64,000 bases of DNA from Thermodesulfobacteriota bacterium (GTDB lineage: Bacteria; Desulfobacterota; Desulfarculia; JACQYL01), in NCBI GenBank assembly GCA_963675595.2, contig CAXXLZ010000002.1:3520001-3584000 (forward strand). Direction: 5' to 3'. A model generated the notes under the pieces. It ran no database searches and was not told the DNA's origin. It saw only the letters and a list, made by a program, of their open reading frames with translations. The position numbers were made by a program, and so were the translations under genes. Shown here piece after piece: positions 30,000 to 40,394 of the stretch (the first letter of the stretch is position 1; each line of letters opens with the position of its first letter).

Positions 30000-31784
30000 C
30001 TAGAACATCGGGGTGCCGTCGGGAGCGAATTCTTCGGGAAAGCGTTTGGTCACCACATGGGTCAGGTAGGATTTCACCGCATTGGCCGTGCTCAGGTTGA
30101 AGGTGTGGGCCAGGTAGCCCCGACACTCCTCAAGGGTGGACATGCGGATGAGACGCTTAATGGATGGAATGGAATGAGGGTTCATGCTGAGTTCGTCCAA
30201 ACCCATGGCGAGAATCAGCGGAACGCAAAGAGGATCGCCCGCCATCTCTCCGCACATGGCCACGCGGATGCCTTCTCTCTTGGCGTTGGTGAGCACCTGC
30301 CGAATCATCCTGAGCAGCGCCGGGTGGTAGGGCATGTACATGTGAGCCACGGATTCATTTCCTCGATCCACGGCCAAAGAGTATTGGATCAGGTCGTTGG
30401 TGCCGATGCTGAAAAAATCCACTTCCCTGGCCAGTAGATCGGAGACGCTCACCGCGGAGGGTACCTCCACCATGATACCGACCTCGAGGTCTTCATCGTA
30501 GGGAATGCGCTCCAGGGAAAGCTCTCCCATGACCTTCCGCAGAATATTCTTCGCTTCGACGATCTCGCTCACTCCGGAAATCAACGGGAACATGATCTTC
30601 ACGTTGCCGTAGTGACTCGCCCGACAGATGGCTCTGAGTTGCGTCTCGAAAATATGCCGCATTTTCAGGCAGAAACGGATGGCACGGAGCCCAAGGGCGG
30701 GGTTGATCTCTTCACTCATCTCGATGCTCGACGCAAATTTGTCTCCCCCGATGTCGAGCGTGCGGATCGTCACGGGTTGCGGAGCCAGAATCTCCACCAC
30801 CTCCCGGTAGTTTTCGAAAAGCTGTTCCTCGTCGGGCACTTCCTTTCTGCTCAGATAAAGAAATTCCGTTCGGTAAAGTCCCACTCCTTCGGCGCCGTAA
30901 TCCAGGACCGCGGTGACTTCTTCAAGAAGCTCGATGTTTCCTTTAATGGCGATACGGAAGCCGTCGATGGTTTCAGCCGGCATGTGGGCACAGCGGACGA
31001 TTTCCGCCTGGTGTTTCTCGTATCGGACCTTCTTCTGGCTGTAGGCCTGGATGGTGGCTTCCGTGGGATTGAGGATGACCTCACCCTTGGTGCCGTCCAG
31101 AATGATCAACCGGTTGTCGCCGACCTTGTCCGTGGCTTTTTCAAGGCCCACCACGGCGGGGATTTGCAGGGATTGGGCGATGATGCTGGTGTGGGAAGTC
31201 TTGCTTCCCATATTGGTGATGAAGCCCATGACCCGTTCGATGTTCATCTGGGAAGTATCCGCGGGAGAAAGGTCGTGGGCCACGATGATGACGCGGTCGT
31301 GAATGGTGGTGATGTCCTCGAGACCCTTTCCCGCCAGATTCCGCAGGATCATGCGGGCCACGTCTTCAATGTCTTTGATTCGGGCTCGGATGTACCCGTC
31401 TCGAATCCTGTTGAAAGCGGTTCTGGCCTTGTCCAGGGACCTCTTGAGCGCCCATTCGACGTTGATTCGATCTTCCTCGATGGCGCGGCGAGTTTCATCG
31501 TAAATCAGACGGTCTTTGAGAATCAGAAGGTGCGCATCGAGGATGTAGAACTGCTCCTTGAGTTCCTCGGGAATTTCTTCCTTGACCTGCAGAATCTGAG
31601 CCCGTGTCTTGCCGATGGCTTCTTCAAACCGCGTGAGCTCCCGCTGAACCTGATCTTCGCTGAGTCGGTCCTCATAGATGATCTTCACCTCTCCCCGGTC
31701 CACATGATAAGATCTGCCGATCACGATTCCGGGAGAAGCGGCGATGCCGCGGAGTACGATATCCTGGTTCGCTTCGTCCGCCAC
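30000..31784 (-). CDS. ptsI: PEP-protein phosphotransferase (PTS enzyme I)
   Basis: TSHTSI, GLYRTEFL, RTLDIGGDK, DFFSIGTNDLIQY, CGEMAG. Confidence 0.96.
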   Translation of the reverse strand: MADEANQDIVLRGIAASPGIVIGRSYHVDRGEVKIIYEDRLSEDQVQRELTRFEEAIGKTRAQILQVKEEIPEELKEQFYILDAHLLILKDRLIYDETRRAIEEDRINVEWALKRSLDKARTAFNRIRDGYIRARIKDIEDVARMILRNLAGKGLEDITTIHDRVIIVAHDLSPADTSQMNIERVMGFITNMGSKTSHTSIIAQSLQIPAVVGLEKATDKVGDNRLIILDGTKGEVILNPTEATIQAYSQKKVRYEKHQAEIVRCAHMPAETIDGFRIAIKGNIELLEEVTAVLDYGAEGVGLYRTEFLYLSRKEVPDEEQLFENYREVVEILAPQPVTIRTLDIGGDKFASSIEMSEEINPALGLRAIRFCLKMRHIFETQLRAICRASHYGNVKIMFPLISGVSEIVEAKNILRKVMGELSLERIPYDEDLEVGIMVEVPSAVSVSDLLAREVDFFSIGTNDLIQYSLAVDRGNESVAHMYMPYHPALLRMIRQVLTNAKREGIRVAMCGEMAGDPLCVPLILAMGLDELSMNPHSIPSIKRLIRMSTLEECRGYLAHTFNLSTANAVKSYLTHVVTKRFPEEFAPDGTPMF

Positions 31785-31786
31785 CT

Positions 31787-32059
31787 TCAGTCCTCTCCGA
31801 ATCCAGACTGGATCAAGTCACCAATCTCTTTGAGCGCTATGGAAGCATCCGGACCGGACACTTCGACGCGGATCCTGGACCCTCTTGGACAAGCCAGGGT
31901 GAGAATATCCAGAATGCTCTTGCCGTCCGCCTCGTCGCGGTCGCGGAAGAGACGGATCGTGGCGTCGAATTGCTCCGAAAGCTGCACGAGCTTGGCCGCG
32001 GAACGGGCGTGCAGGCCCAGCTTGTTGACGATGCTGAAATCTTTGGTAAGGGTTTCCAT
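31787..32059 (-). CDS. ptsH: Phosphocarrier HPr
   Basis: NKLGLHARSA, DGKSIL. Confidence 0.95.
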   Translation of the reverse strand: METLTKDFSIVNKLGLHARSAAKLVQLSEQFDATIRLFRDRDEADGKSILDILTLACPRGSRIRVEVSGPDASIALKEIGDLIQSGFGED

Positions 32060-32068
32060 ATATCGAAT

Positions 32069-32836
32069 CTACTCCGAAGGAAGTACCATAAACATGAGTA
32101 TGAAAAGGGACAGTGCAACCCCGAGAATCATCGGAACGGGAATTCGCTTTGACAGAAAGAAATGAAAAACGAGTACGATCGGGAGGCAGAACCACTCTCC
32201 GAATCCCTCCAAATGGGCGTCGATTCCGAAGTTCAGTGCACATTTTGCGCCGACAAGTCCCAAAACTATGGGCAGGATTCCTTTAAGGAGGACGACTCGG
32301 GAGGGAATGTCCCAAGTCCTCAGACTCTCCAGTATCCCGATCCCTTTGAAGTAAGCCACATGAAGGCCGTATGCGCGAATAAACAAATGTACTGTATTGT
32401 AGAAAAACAGGAAAATCAACGGAGCCCAAAGGGATTCTCTAAAGACGAAAAATAAAGCCGAGGCCGCGCAAAGCGGTCTAAGCGTGTTCCAGAAGAGGGC
32501 GTCTCCCATCGCGGCGAAAGCCGTCATCGCTCCGGTCCTGAAATCGTCTATGAGAGATACGGGAATGTTCTTCCGTTCCCGATCTTCCTCCAGGCGAGCC
32601 ACGGTGCCGATGATCAACGCCGCCATATAGGGCTGAGAATTGAAGGCTTCCATGTGTCTTCCACAGGCGTCCCGCAATTTGTCCGGGTGTTTTCCATAAA
32701 CACGTTTGAGGGCAGGCAGAATGCTGAAAACAAAACCCAGATTCTGCATTCGCTCCAGATTCCAGGCTGCCTGCAGAAAGAAGGAGCGAAAAAAAAGACG
32801 AAGCGGCACCAGGTCACGGCTTGGGATCATGTTCAC
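32069..32836 (-). CDS. PTS mannose-family IID component
   Basis: QAAWNLERMQNLGF, FNSQPY, GDALFW. Confidence 0.9.
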   Translation of the reverse strand: MNMIPSRDLVPLRLFFRSFFLQAAWNLERMQNLGFVFSILPALKRVYGKHPDKLRDACGRHMEAFNSQPYMAALIIGTVARLEEDRERKNIPVSLIDDFRTGAMTAFAAMGDALFWNTLRPLCAASALFFVFRESLWAPLIFLFFYNTVHLFIRAYGLHVAYFKGIGILESLRTWDIPSRVVLLKGILPIVLGLVGAKCALNFGIDAHLEGFGEWFCLPIVLVFHFFLSKRIPVPMILGVALSLFILMFMVLPSE

Positions 32837-33755
32837 CTCGGCGCAAATCTTCCGGAGCCGGAGAGTCGTCCTCCAACTCTCGTTTGAGTCTGAGACCTTC
32901 CTCGTAAACGATTCGTTTGGGGATTCCTCTGCTCGCAGCGACCTGCTTCACAAGTTCTCCCATGGGCTTCCCCGTTTCCTCCAGAAGAAGTTTCAGCTCC
33001 TCACCGATGGAAAGGGACGGCGTCGGTTCTCCTTCGAAGCCCCTGATGATCAGGGTGATTTCTCCACGGATTGCTTCTTGATCCAGACGCTGCAGAATGT
33101 CTTGTGCCGACCCCCTGAGGAACGTCTCGTGGATTTTGGTCATTTCCCGGGCAAGAACCATCGGGCGGTCGCCGAAAAGGTCGGCGATGTCCGAGAGGGT
33201 GTCCACCAACCGATGCGGGGCCTCGAACAGCACCAGAGTATAAGGGGTCCAGGAAAGCTCTTCGAGACGTTTGCGCCGTTGTCCGGCTTTGGAGGGGAGG
33301 AAGCCCTCAAACAAAAACGGAACCGAAGGAAAACCCGCGATGGAAAGGGCTGCCGTGGGCGCGGAAGCGCCGGGTATGGGGATGACTTGAACACCGGCCT
33401 CGAGCGCTTCAGTTACGAGTTCCATTCCGGGATCGGATACCACGGGGGTGCCGCCGTCGGTAATCAGTGCGACGGAGGCCCCGTCCCTGAGAAGTTCCAG
33501 GAGCTTGGCTCCCGCCTTGGACCGGTTGTGCCTGTGGTAGGCAACCAGTTTGGCTTTGATGCCGTAGTGCGAAAGCAGAATGCGACTTCTTCGGGTATCC
33601 TCAACGGCTAGGTAGTCCGCCTGTCTGAGTACGTCCAAGGCCCTCAACGTGACGTCCGCCAGATTTCCTATGGGGGTCGCCACAAGGTACAGCCGGCCGG
33701 TTACGGTTTCAGCAAGCTTCGAAGGCATTTTGGAAGTGTGTGACTTTGGGATCAC
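32814..33755 (-). CDS. rsmI: 16S rRNA C1402 2'-O-methyltransferase (start uncertain)
   Basis: LYLVATPIGNL, EDTR, SDPG, PIPGASA, REMTKIHE. Confidence 0.95.
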   Translation of the reverse strand: MIPKSHTSKMPSKLAETVTGRLYLVATPIGNLADVTLRALDVLRQADYLAVEDTRRSRILLSHYGIKAKLVAYHRHNRSKAGAKLLELLRDGASVALITDGGTPVVSDPGMELVTEALEAGVQVIPIPGASAPTAALSIAGFPSVPFLFEGFLPSKAGQRRKRLEELSWTPYTLVLFEAPHRLVDTLSDIADLFGDRPMVLAREMTKIHETFLRGSAQDILQRLDQEAIRGEITLIIRGFEGEPTPSLSIGEELKLLLEETGKPMGELVKQVAASRGIPKRIVYEEGLRLKRELEDDSPAPEDLRRGEHDPKP

Positions 33756-34071
33756 AACCGGACTGCAGTTCCACGGTGACTACGTCGAATCGGGACGGCC
33801 TATCGAGCATATCCTTCTCTTTGAGATAGGAGACGGCGGCCATGGAAAGCGTCCGGCGTTTTTTCAGTGTAATGGATTCCGCGGGATGCTCGCAGAAACC
33901 GGCGGATGCCGACCTTACTTCGACAAAAACCGTAGTACGTCCGTCCTTGACCACCAGATCGATTTCGCCCAGCCTGCATCTGTAATTTTTATCAACGATT
34001 CGATATCCCAGCTTTTTAAGAAAAGACGCCGCGAGTTGTTCCGCTTGCGCTCCGGTCGCGTTGCGGTTCAT
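33709..34071 (-). CDS. yraN: YraN family (UPF0102) protein
   Basis: G..AE..A..FL...GY, NYRCRLGEIDLV, VFVEV, RFDVV. Confidence 0.92.
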   Translation of the reverse strand: MNRNATGAQAEQLAASFLKKLGYRIVDKNYRCRLGEIDLVVKDGRTTVFVEVRSASAGFCEHPAESITLKKRRTLSMAAVSYLKEKDMLDRPSRFDVVTVELQSGCDPKVTHFQNAFEAC

Positions 34072-34772
34072 GGGGCCTCAATGTTCGCGAGGCGCATGAG
34101 GGGCGGGGCGGGCGAGTCGAAGAATTCCCGGACTCCTTTGAAGGCTCTTCTATGGATGGGGCAAGGGCCTAACCGGGTCAGAGCGCTGCGGTGTTCTTTC
34201 GTGCCGTATCCTTTATTGGAGGCGAAATTGTAGCCCGGATAATTCACGTCGTACCATGCCATCATACGGTCACGCACCACTTTGGCGACAATGGAGGCGG
34301 CGCCGATGGAAGCGCTCAGTTGATCGCCTTTGACCACGGCCCGCTGGGACGTAAAGCCGGGAATGGGGAAATTGCCGTCTACGAGCACAAAATCCGCAGG
34401 CCGACGAAGTCCCTCGATCGCCCAGCGCATCGCCTGGATCGATGCGCCAAGGATGTTCAGCTTTTCAATGTCGTCGGTATGGCAGACGCCGACACCGACG
34501 GCCAAAGCTCTCGTTAGAATTTCGTCGAACAGGGTTTCGCGAAGATCCGGGGAAAGAGACTTGGAATCCCCCACCCCGGGAATCAAGTCTTCTCTGCTCA
34601 GGATTACGGCGGCGCCCACCACGGGACCGGCCAGTGGGCCGCGGCCCGCTTCGTCCGCTCCGGCAACCATCTGGAAGCCCTGGTCCCAGGCCATTCGCTC
34701 AAATTCCGTTAAGTCCGGGGAACACGAGCGAGGAATCCGCCCTCCGGATCCCTTTCCCGGTTTCCCCGCCAT
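34068..34772 (-). CDS. rnhB: Ribonuclease HII
   Basis: GADEAGRGPLAGPV, DSK, VDGN, AASIVAKVVRD, KGYGT. Confidence 0.96.
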   Translation of the reverse strand: MAGKPGKGSGGRIPRSCSPDLTEFERMAWDQGFQMVAGADEAGRGPLAGPVVGAAVILSREDLIPGVGDSKSLSPDLRETLFDEILTRALAVGVGVCHTDDIEKLNILGASIQAMRWAIEGLRRPADFVLVDGNFPIPGFTSQRAVVKGDQLSASIGAASIVAKVVRDRMMAWYDVNYPGYNFASNKGYGTKEHRSALTRLGPCPIHRRAFKGVREFFDSPAPPLMRLANIEAP

Positions 34773-34773
34773 A

Positions 34774-35124
34774 TCAGGAGCGTCTCGCTTCCTTGATGCG
34801 GGCGGCTTTTCCCTGAAGCTTTCTCATGTAGTAGAGTCGTGAGCGGCGTACACGGCCTTTGGTGACCACGTCTATCTTGTCGATGATCGGGGAATGAAAC
34901 GGAAAAATTCGCTCAACGCCCACGCCGTAGGAAATCTTCCTGACCGTGAATGTGGCTCCCATGCGCCCTTTTCGCTTGCGTAAAACGAATCCTTCGAAAA
35001 CCTGGATGCGCTTCTTTTCTCCTTCTTTGATGACCACATGCACGCGCACGGTGTCCCCCGTGGAGAAATCCGGGTGGTCCATACGCATCTGTTCCATTTC
35101 CAGTTGGTTGATAACCGGGTGCAT
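34774..35124 (-). CDS. rplS: 50S ribosomal protein L19
   Basis: [36 protein letters not shown]. Confidence 0.98.
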   Translation of the reverse strand: MHPVINQLEMEQMRMDHPDFSTGDTVRVHVVIKEGEKKRIQVFEGFVLRKRKGRMGATFTVRKISYGVGVERIFPFHSPIIDKIDVVTKGRVRRSRLYYMRKLQGKAARIKEARRS

Positions 35125-35217
35125 CTCGCGTTCCTCCTGATTGATTCGGACCGGCCGGTGGTTTGCTCTCACCGACGGAGCCGGACCCGCTTTGTTTCGC
35201 TTCCTTATCTTATCATC

Positions 35218-35784
35218 TCACCGGTCGACGCCCAAGAGCCGGTCCGTGATGATCGCGGCCGCCGAGCGCACTGAAAGGTGATTGTAGCCGTTTAAGCCGG
35301 GTATGGGTTCAAGGGTCACACACTCGTCCGGGAGACCTTCCCGGGCCAAACCCCATGCAGTTCCGAAAAGCAGCAACCAAGGGCCCCTCGCTCGCACCAT
35401 CTCCCTCATCGCCGCGTAACTTACGTGCGGTGAGCGGCTCGTTGCGCCGGTGAGAATCAGGTGGGGCCGTTTTCCTTCTCTATCCTCGATATCCTCGCAA
35501 GCCGTTTCCAGGGAATCCACCACGCGTGCGTGCTCAAGCGCCTTTTTGCGGTCGGGGTTCACCTGGGCCCCATAGCCTTGTGTCCAGTGACGTATGAGTC
35601 GTTTCGCGAGTTCGCTTTGATCCTCGACCGGTGTAATTACGTAAAAACCGGGGACACTATATGTGGCGGCCAGCCGGCTTAAGTCATGAATATCCAAATT
35701 CGTCACGGCGGAGGCGACGAGCTCTTTGTTGCGATTGTAGACCGGGTAGTGTACCAGTCCCAAATACAGGCGATTATTACCCAC
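35218..35784 (-). CDS. SPOUT RNA methyltransferase (DUF2168-like, TrmD-associated)
   Basis: LVHYPV, TNLDIHD, FGTAWGL, YNHLSVRSA. Confidence 0.88.
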   Translation of the reverse strand: MGNNRLYLGLVHYPVYNRNKELVASAVTNLDIHDLSRLAATYSVPGFYVITPVEDQSELAKRLIRHWTQGYGAQVNPDRKKALEHARVVDSLETACEDIEDREGKRPHLILTGATSRSPHVSYAAMREMVRARGPWLLLFGTAWGLAREGLPDECVTLEPIPGLNGYNHLSVRSAAAIITDRLLGVDR

Positions 35785-35869
35785 GTGCGTTTGCGTGTGA
35801 TCTCGTTCGGCTTGGACGTCGCCGTGACCGGGCCTTCGGAAGCGGAAGACGTTCGTTATGCCGTGTCCC

Positions 35870-36586
35870 TCATTCTTCGGGAAAGGGCTCTCCGGAATTT
35901 CCCTCCAGCCGTTCCGCCAGATCGGGCCGTCGCGTTCGGGTGAGCCTCAAGGATTGATCAAGGCGCCACCGTTTGATTTCTCCGTGATTCCCGGACAGCA
36001 GGATCTCGGGAACCACATGCCCTTCGAAGTCGGGAGGACGCGTGTATTGAGGATACTCGATCAAGCCTCGATCGAAACTCTCCTCCTCGATGGATTCGGC
36101 GTTTCCCAACACTCCGGGGACCAAACGAAACACCGTGTCCAAAATCACCAATGCCGCAATCTCTCCACCCGTCAATACATAGTCGCCGATGGAGAGCTCT
36201 TCGTCGACATAATGGATCACCCGCTCGTCCACGCCCTCGTAATGGCCGCACACCAGAGCGATTCGATCCAAACCGGACAGTTCTCGGGCCTTTGATTGAG
36301 TGAGAACTTTCCCCCTCGGAGATAGGAGCACCACATGAGGTGCCCCTGCGGAAGGATCGGACGTCAAAGAACGAATGGCTCCGACGATCGGTTCCACCTT
36401 GAGCACCATGCCGGAACCGCCACCATACGGACGATCATCGGCTTGGGCATGCTTCCCCGCGGCAAAATCACGGATGTTCACCACATTGACCCCGACGCAC
36501 CCGGACTCGATGGCTCTCTTGAGCATGCTCTCCTTGAGAGGAGAATCGAAAAAGCCCGGAAACAGGGTCAAGATATCAAAATTCAT
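35870..36586 (-). CDS. trmD: tRNA (guanine37-N1)-methyltransferase
   Basis: DDRPYGGGSGM, CGHYEGVDER, SIGDYVLTGGE, YPQYTRP. Confidence 0.98.
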   Translation of the reverse strand: MNFDILTLFPGFFDSPLKESMLKRAIESGCVGVNVVNIRDFAAGKHAQADDRPYGGGSGMVLKVEPIVGAIRSLTSDPSAGAPHVVLLSPRGKVLTQSKARELSGLDRIALVCGHYEGVDERVIHYVDEELSIGDYVLTGGEIAALVILDTVFRLVPGVLGNAESIEEESFDRGLIEYPQYTRPPDFEGHVVPEILLSGNHGEIKRWRLDQSLRLTRTRRPDLAERLEGNSGEPFPEE

Positions 36587-36604
36587 GTCCTTCTTCGGGG
36601 GAAT

Positions 36605-37126
36605 CTAAAATTCTTCAGGAAATTCAAGGCGGATCGTGCCGTTGGGCAAGTCCACCTCCCGGACGAATTCTTCTACCGCCGGGATCAGCCGTTCACCGGC
36701 CGTACTTCTCACCACCAACACGTCATGGGCTTCAGTGCGGAAAAGGGACTTCACTTCCCCCCGGAAAGCGCCCTCCGCATCCAAAACCTTTAAACCGATG
36801 AGCTCAAACCAATAGAATTGGTCTTCTCCGGCGTCCCCCAAGCTGGACCTGGGCACCAGGAGTGAAGACCCGCTCAATCGGTCGGCACGCCCCACCTCCT
36901 CGAAGCCTTCGAAACGTACAAGGAGGAAGCGACCCCGCGGTATTGCCGAAACAATGTTTAGGCGTCGGGGCACTCCTCCTTTGGGCTCGAGAAACACCGA
37001 ATTTCCCGGTTGGAAGAAGTCATGGGAGTCGGCATAAGACTCGATCTTCACAAAGCCTTCGATCCCGTAGGGCCCTAATACCCTGCCCATGGGCACGAGA
37101 TCGTCGGCCTCATTCAATGATTTCAA
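36605..37126 (-). CDS. rimM: Ribosome maturation factor RimM
   Basis: G....[22 protein letters not shown]; gene order. Confidence 0.92.
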   Translation of the reverse strand: MKSLNEADDLVPMGRVLGPYGIEGFVKIESYADSHDFFQPGNSVFLEPKGGVPRRLNIVSAIPRGRFLLVRFEGFEEVGRADRLSGSSLLVPRSSLGDAGEDQFYWFELIGLKVLDAEGAFRGEVKSLFRTEAHDVLVVRSTAGERLIPAVEEFVREVDLPNGTIRLEFPEEF

Positions 37127-37340
37127 GCACCGACCTTTTGCGTATCTTGGTGGAGGCGGCGCTCAAAATAGTTCGCATGGCCCTCGCCGTCCTACCTTGC
37201 TTACCGATAACTTTGCCCAGGTCTTCTTTGGCCACTTTCAGTTCGATCACCGAGGTTTGTTCGCCTTCGATCTCATTTACCTCAACGTCATCCGGACGAT
37301 CCACCAAACTTTTAGCGATAAACTCTATCAGCTCTTTCAT
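37110..37340 (-). CDS. khpA: KH-domain RNA-binding protein KhpA
   Basis: [14 protein letters not shown]...[13 protein letters not shown]. Confidence 0.93.
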   Translation of the reverse strand: MKELIEFIAKSLVDRPDDVEVNEIEGEQTSVIELKVAKEDLGKVIGKQGRTARAMRTILSAASTKIRKRSVLEIIE

Positions 37341-37521
37341 CGAGAACTCCTCCCCGGTTGAAGTGTCATCGGTCATGTCTGCATGCTTGATCTCCCCCAC
37401 TCCCCATCGCATCTTGTCGCTGTACTTCAAGAGGAAGTTCCATGGTCCAGACAGACGAAGATTTTTTTCAATCGAACCGATCAGGAAAGGGTTCGCCCGG
37501 TCTGTAAATCGAAGGACTGGA

Positions 37522-37764
37522 TCAGAAGTATCCCCCCGATTTGCAGAGGTGCCCCACTGTGTCGGTGGGTACCGCGCCCTTCTTCAGCCAATCGTCCAGT
37601 CGATCTTTATCGACTCTGAACTCGGAGGGTTGTTTTCGCGGGTCATAGGTCCCCAGGACCTCAATGAATCTTCCGTCCCTGGGCGCCTGAGAATCCGCTA
37701 CAACCACTCGATAAAAGGGTCGTTTTTTAGCTCCCATTCGAGCCAACCTGATTTTCACCGGCAT
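37522..37764 (-). CDS. rpsP: 30S ribosomal protein S16
   Basis: [31 protein letters not shown]. Confidence 0.98.
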   Translation of the reverse strand: MPVKIRLARMGAKKRPFYRVVVADSQAPRDGRFIEVLGTYDPRKQPSEFRVDKDRLDDWLKKGAVPTDTVGHLCKSGGYF

Positions 37765-37941
37765 TTCGACAATTACCCCTTTCTTTACGTTGCTGAAAAA
37801 CTCAGCAGTTTGGTTCATCCCATCGGCGCGGTTTCTTCAATCTGCTTTTCCGAGCAACCAAGGATCCGACATGGCCAAAAAAGTCCCAATGTGAATCATT
37901 TTATTTACAAACGAATGATTTAGCAATGGCTTCGGTTCATT

Positions 37942-39276
37942 CTAAAAAGGAAAACCGCCTTTAAGCAAACCTCGCTTCTTGCCGCCTTTTCCCCCGAACT
38001 GGCGGAGCATCTTTTTCATCTGTGCGAAATTTTTCAACAGCGAGTTCACGTCCTGGACGGTGGTGCCGCTCCCACGCGCGATTCGTTTGCGTCGGCCGGC
38101 ATTGATGATCTGGTGGTTGGCCCGTTCCTCGAGAGTCATGGAACTGATGATGGCTTCCACCCTTACGAGTTCGTTTTCGTTAAGATCCAGTCCCTTATTC
38201 TTGAGCTTGCCGAAACCGGGGATCATTCCGAGAATCTGTTCCAGAGATCCCATCTTCTTGATCTGCTTCAATTGGTCGCGAAAATCTTCCAACGTGAACG
38301 CGTCTTTGCGTATTTTCTGTTCGAGCTCCTGAGCCTGCGTTTGGTCGATGGCGGCCTGCGCCTTTTCCACGAGGGTCAGGACGTCTCCCATCCCAAGAAT
38401 CCTGGACGCCATTCTTTCGGGGTGGAACACCTCGATGGCTTCCAGCTTCTCACCCATACCGACCATCTTGATGGGTTTCTGAGTGACGGCTTTGATGGAA
38501 AGAGCCGCACCGCCTCGGGCATCGCCGTCCATCTTGGTCAGGACGACGCCTCCGATGTCGAGCATCTCGTCGAATTTAGCGGCTACGTTCACAGCGTCCT
38601 GGCCCGTCATGGCGTCCGCGACGAAAAGTATTTCCGAAGGGTGCACCGCCTTTTTGATTTCCTGGAGCTCGTTCATCAGCTCCTCATCAATGTGCAGTCG
38701 ACCGGCGGTGTCCACGATGAGGACGTCTTTGTTCTTTTCGACGGCCGCCTTCACGGCCTGCTGAGCGATCTGAACCGGAGACTCCCGTGCGTCCGAGGGA
38801 AAAGTATCGACGCCGATCTGGCTGCCCAGCCTCTCCAACTGGTCAATAGCCGCGGGTCGATACACGTCGGCGGAAACCAAGGCGCAGGAACGACCGTGGG
38901 CTTGCAGGTGCAAGGCCAGCTTACCCGCGGTGGTGGTCTTGCCCGAGCCCTGAAGTCCGACGAGCATGAGCACGTGGGGCCGGCTTCCGGTGAGGTTGAG
39001 CTCCTGGCTCTTGCCCCCCATCAGTTCGACGAGTTCCTCGTTGACGATCTTAATGACCTGCTGGGCCGGGGTCAGGCTTTTCATTACCTCCGCGCCGACG
39101 GCCCGTTGGCGCACGGTCTCAATGAAATTCTTGGTGACCCGATAGTGGACGTCGGCTTCGAGCAGAGCCATTCGCACTTCCCGCAGTCCGGCCTTGATGT
39201 TCTCTTCGGTGAGTTTTCCCCGAGATTTTAGGGCCTTGAATGCGGAGTCCAGTTTGGCGGTCAGGCTGTCGAACAT
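37942..39276 (-). CDS. ffh: Signal recognition particle protein
   Basis: LLEADV, GLQGSGKTT, DTAGR, TKMDGDARGG, M domain. Confidence 0.98.
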   Translation of the reverse strand: MFDSLTAKLDSAFKALKSRGKLTEENIKAGLREVRMALLEADVHYRVTKNFIETVRQRAVGAEVMKSLTPAQQVIKIVNEELVELMGGKSQELNLTGSRPHVLMLVGLQGSGKTTTAGKLALHLQAHGRSCALVSADVYRPAAIDQLERLGSQIGVDTFPSDARESPVQIAQQAVKAAVEKNKDVLIVDTAGRLHIDEELMNELQEIKKAVHPSEILFVADAMTGQDAVNVAAKFDEMLDIGGVVLTKMDGDARGGAALSIKAVTQKPIKMVGMGEKLEAIEVFHPERMASRILGMGDVLTLVEKAQAAIDQTQAQELEQKIRKDAFTLEDFRDQLKQIKKMGSLEQILGMIPGFGKLKNKGLDLNENELVRVEAIISSMTLEERANHQIINAGRRKRIARGSGTTVQDVNSLLKNFAQMKKMLRQFGGKGGKKRGLLKGGFPF

Positions 39277-39475
39277 AATAAGACCGTTTCCTTAATGAAC
39301 CGGGACGTAAAGCGACATCGATTACGGGAACGACATCTGAAGTCGGAAATTGTCAAATATATTTAGGAGGCATCGAGATGTCAAGAGAATAAGGGAAGAG
39401 GCGGAAATGAAGCGCTGTACGGGTTGGACGCCCCTAACCGCGAAGGAAGGCTTTCGGAAAGGGGTGCGATGAGAC

Positions 39476-39796
39476 TTAAGAGAATGCCTTGACCGGAAGT
39501 CGTTCCACACAAACCTCCATGAGGACCGTGCCGCCCCTTGGACCCCTGCACGGGTCGGGGCACTGGATCAAAGCCACCTCAGGCGCGTGCTCCTCGGCAA
39601 GTCCCAGATGTTCCGCGAGAACACTCTTGCTTAATGCGGCGTAGAAAGGAAGAAGGGAAGCCAGCGAATGCATGCAGACGGCCCGTCCATTGCTCGGCCG
39701 CAGCATGAATCCTCGTTCGATCCGGAAAGTATCCCCGATTTCATAAACCGGACAGTGACCTCGGATCTCTCTGATTGTGACCCGAAGTGTGTTCAA
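39476..39796 (-). CDS. TIGR04076-like small Cys-containing protein
   Basis: I.G.CPVY..GD, CMHSL, QCPDP. Confidence 0.7.
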   Translation of the reverse strand: MNTLRVTIREIRGHCPVYEIGDTFRIERGFMLRPSNGRAVCMHSLASLLPFYAALSKSVLAEHLGLAEEHAPEVALIQCPDPCRGPRGGTVLMEVCVERLPVKAFS

Positions 39797-40394
39797 ACCA
39801 TCCTCGCACGGTCTTACGGATCTCGGTTTCCCTGCCGATATAGAAATGATCCCCCTGCAGAATTTCCGATGCGGCCAAGTTGGTCAGGGATTCCAAGAAC
39901 GGCTCGAGTTGGGAAAGGGGGCAAACATCGTCCCTGTTGGTGGCGACGATATAAACCGGGGTCCGCGATTCTTCGACTTCATGGAAATCCCAAATGGACA
40001 GTGGAGGTGAGATGAGAATCACGGCGGAAGGTTTGAGTTCGGCAGCCGTTTTTGCTGCAATCCATGCGCCGAAAGAGTACCCGGCGATCATCCGGTCGGT
40101 ACAACCGACGGTCGCCAGATGTTGGTAGGCCGCAGCCAAATCTTCTTCTTCTCCCTTTCCGCGGTCGTAATTTCCGGAGCTGCCGCCCACGCCCCGGAAA
40201 TTGAAGGCCAGTGCGCCCACATCGGCGTCAAGCAAGCCTTCAGCCGCGGCCCGAACCACGTTGTTGTGCATATTTCCCCCGTAAAGAGGGTGCGGATGGG
40301 CCACGACGGCTCCCCGGTTTCCCGGGCCCGGGCTCCATAGACCTTCCAGGGTCAATGTGCCCGAAAGAATACGAATTTCTTCGGTTGACTTCAT
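39741..40394 (-). CDS. Alpha/beta hydrolase
   Basis: HPHPLYGGNMHNNVV, FNFRGVG, GYSFG; ATGA overlap with the upstream gene. Confidence 0.9.
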   Translation of the reverse strand: MKSTEEIRILSGTLTLEGLWSPGPGNRGAVVAHPHPLYGGNMHNNVVRAAAEGLLDADVGALAFNFRGVGGSSGNYDRGKGEEEDLAAAYQHLATVGCTDRMIAGYSFGAWIAAKTAAELKPSAVILISPPLSIWDFHEVEESRTPVYIVATNRDDVCPLSQLEPFLESLTNLAASEILQGDHFYIGRETEIRKTVRGWFEHTSGHNQRDPRSLSGL

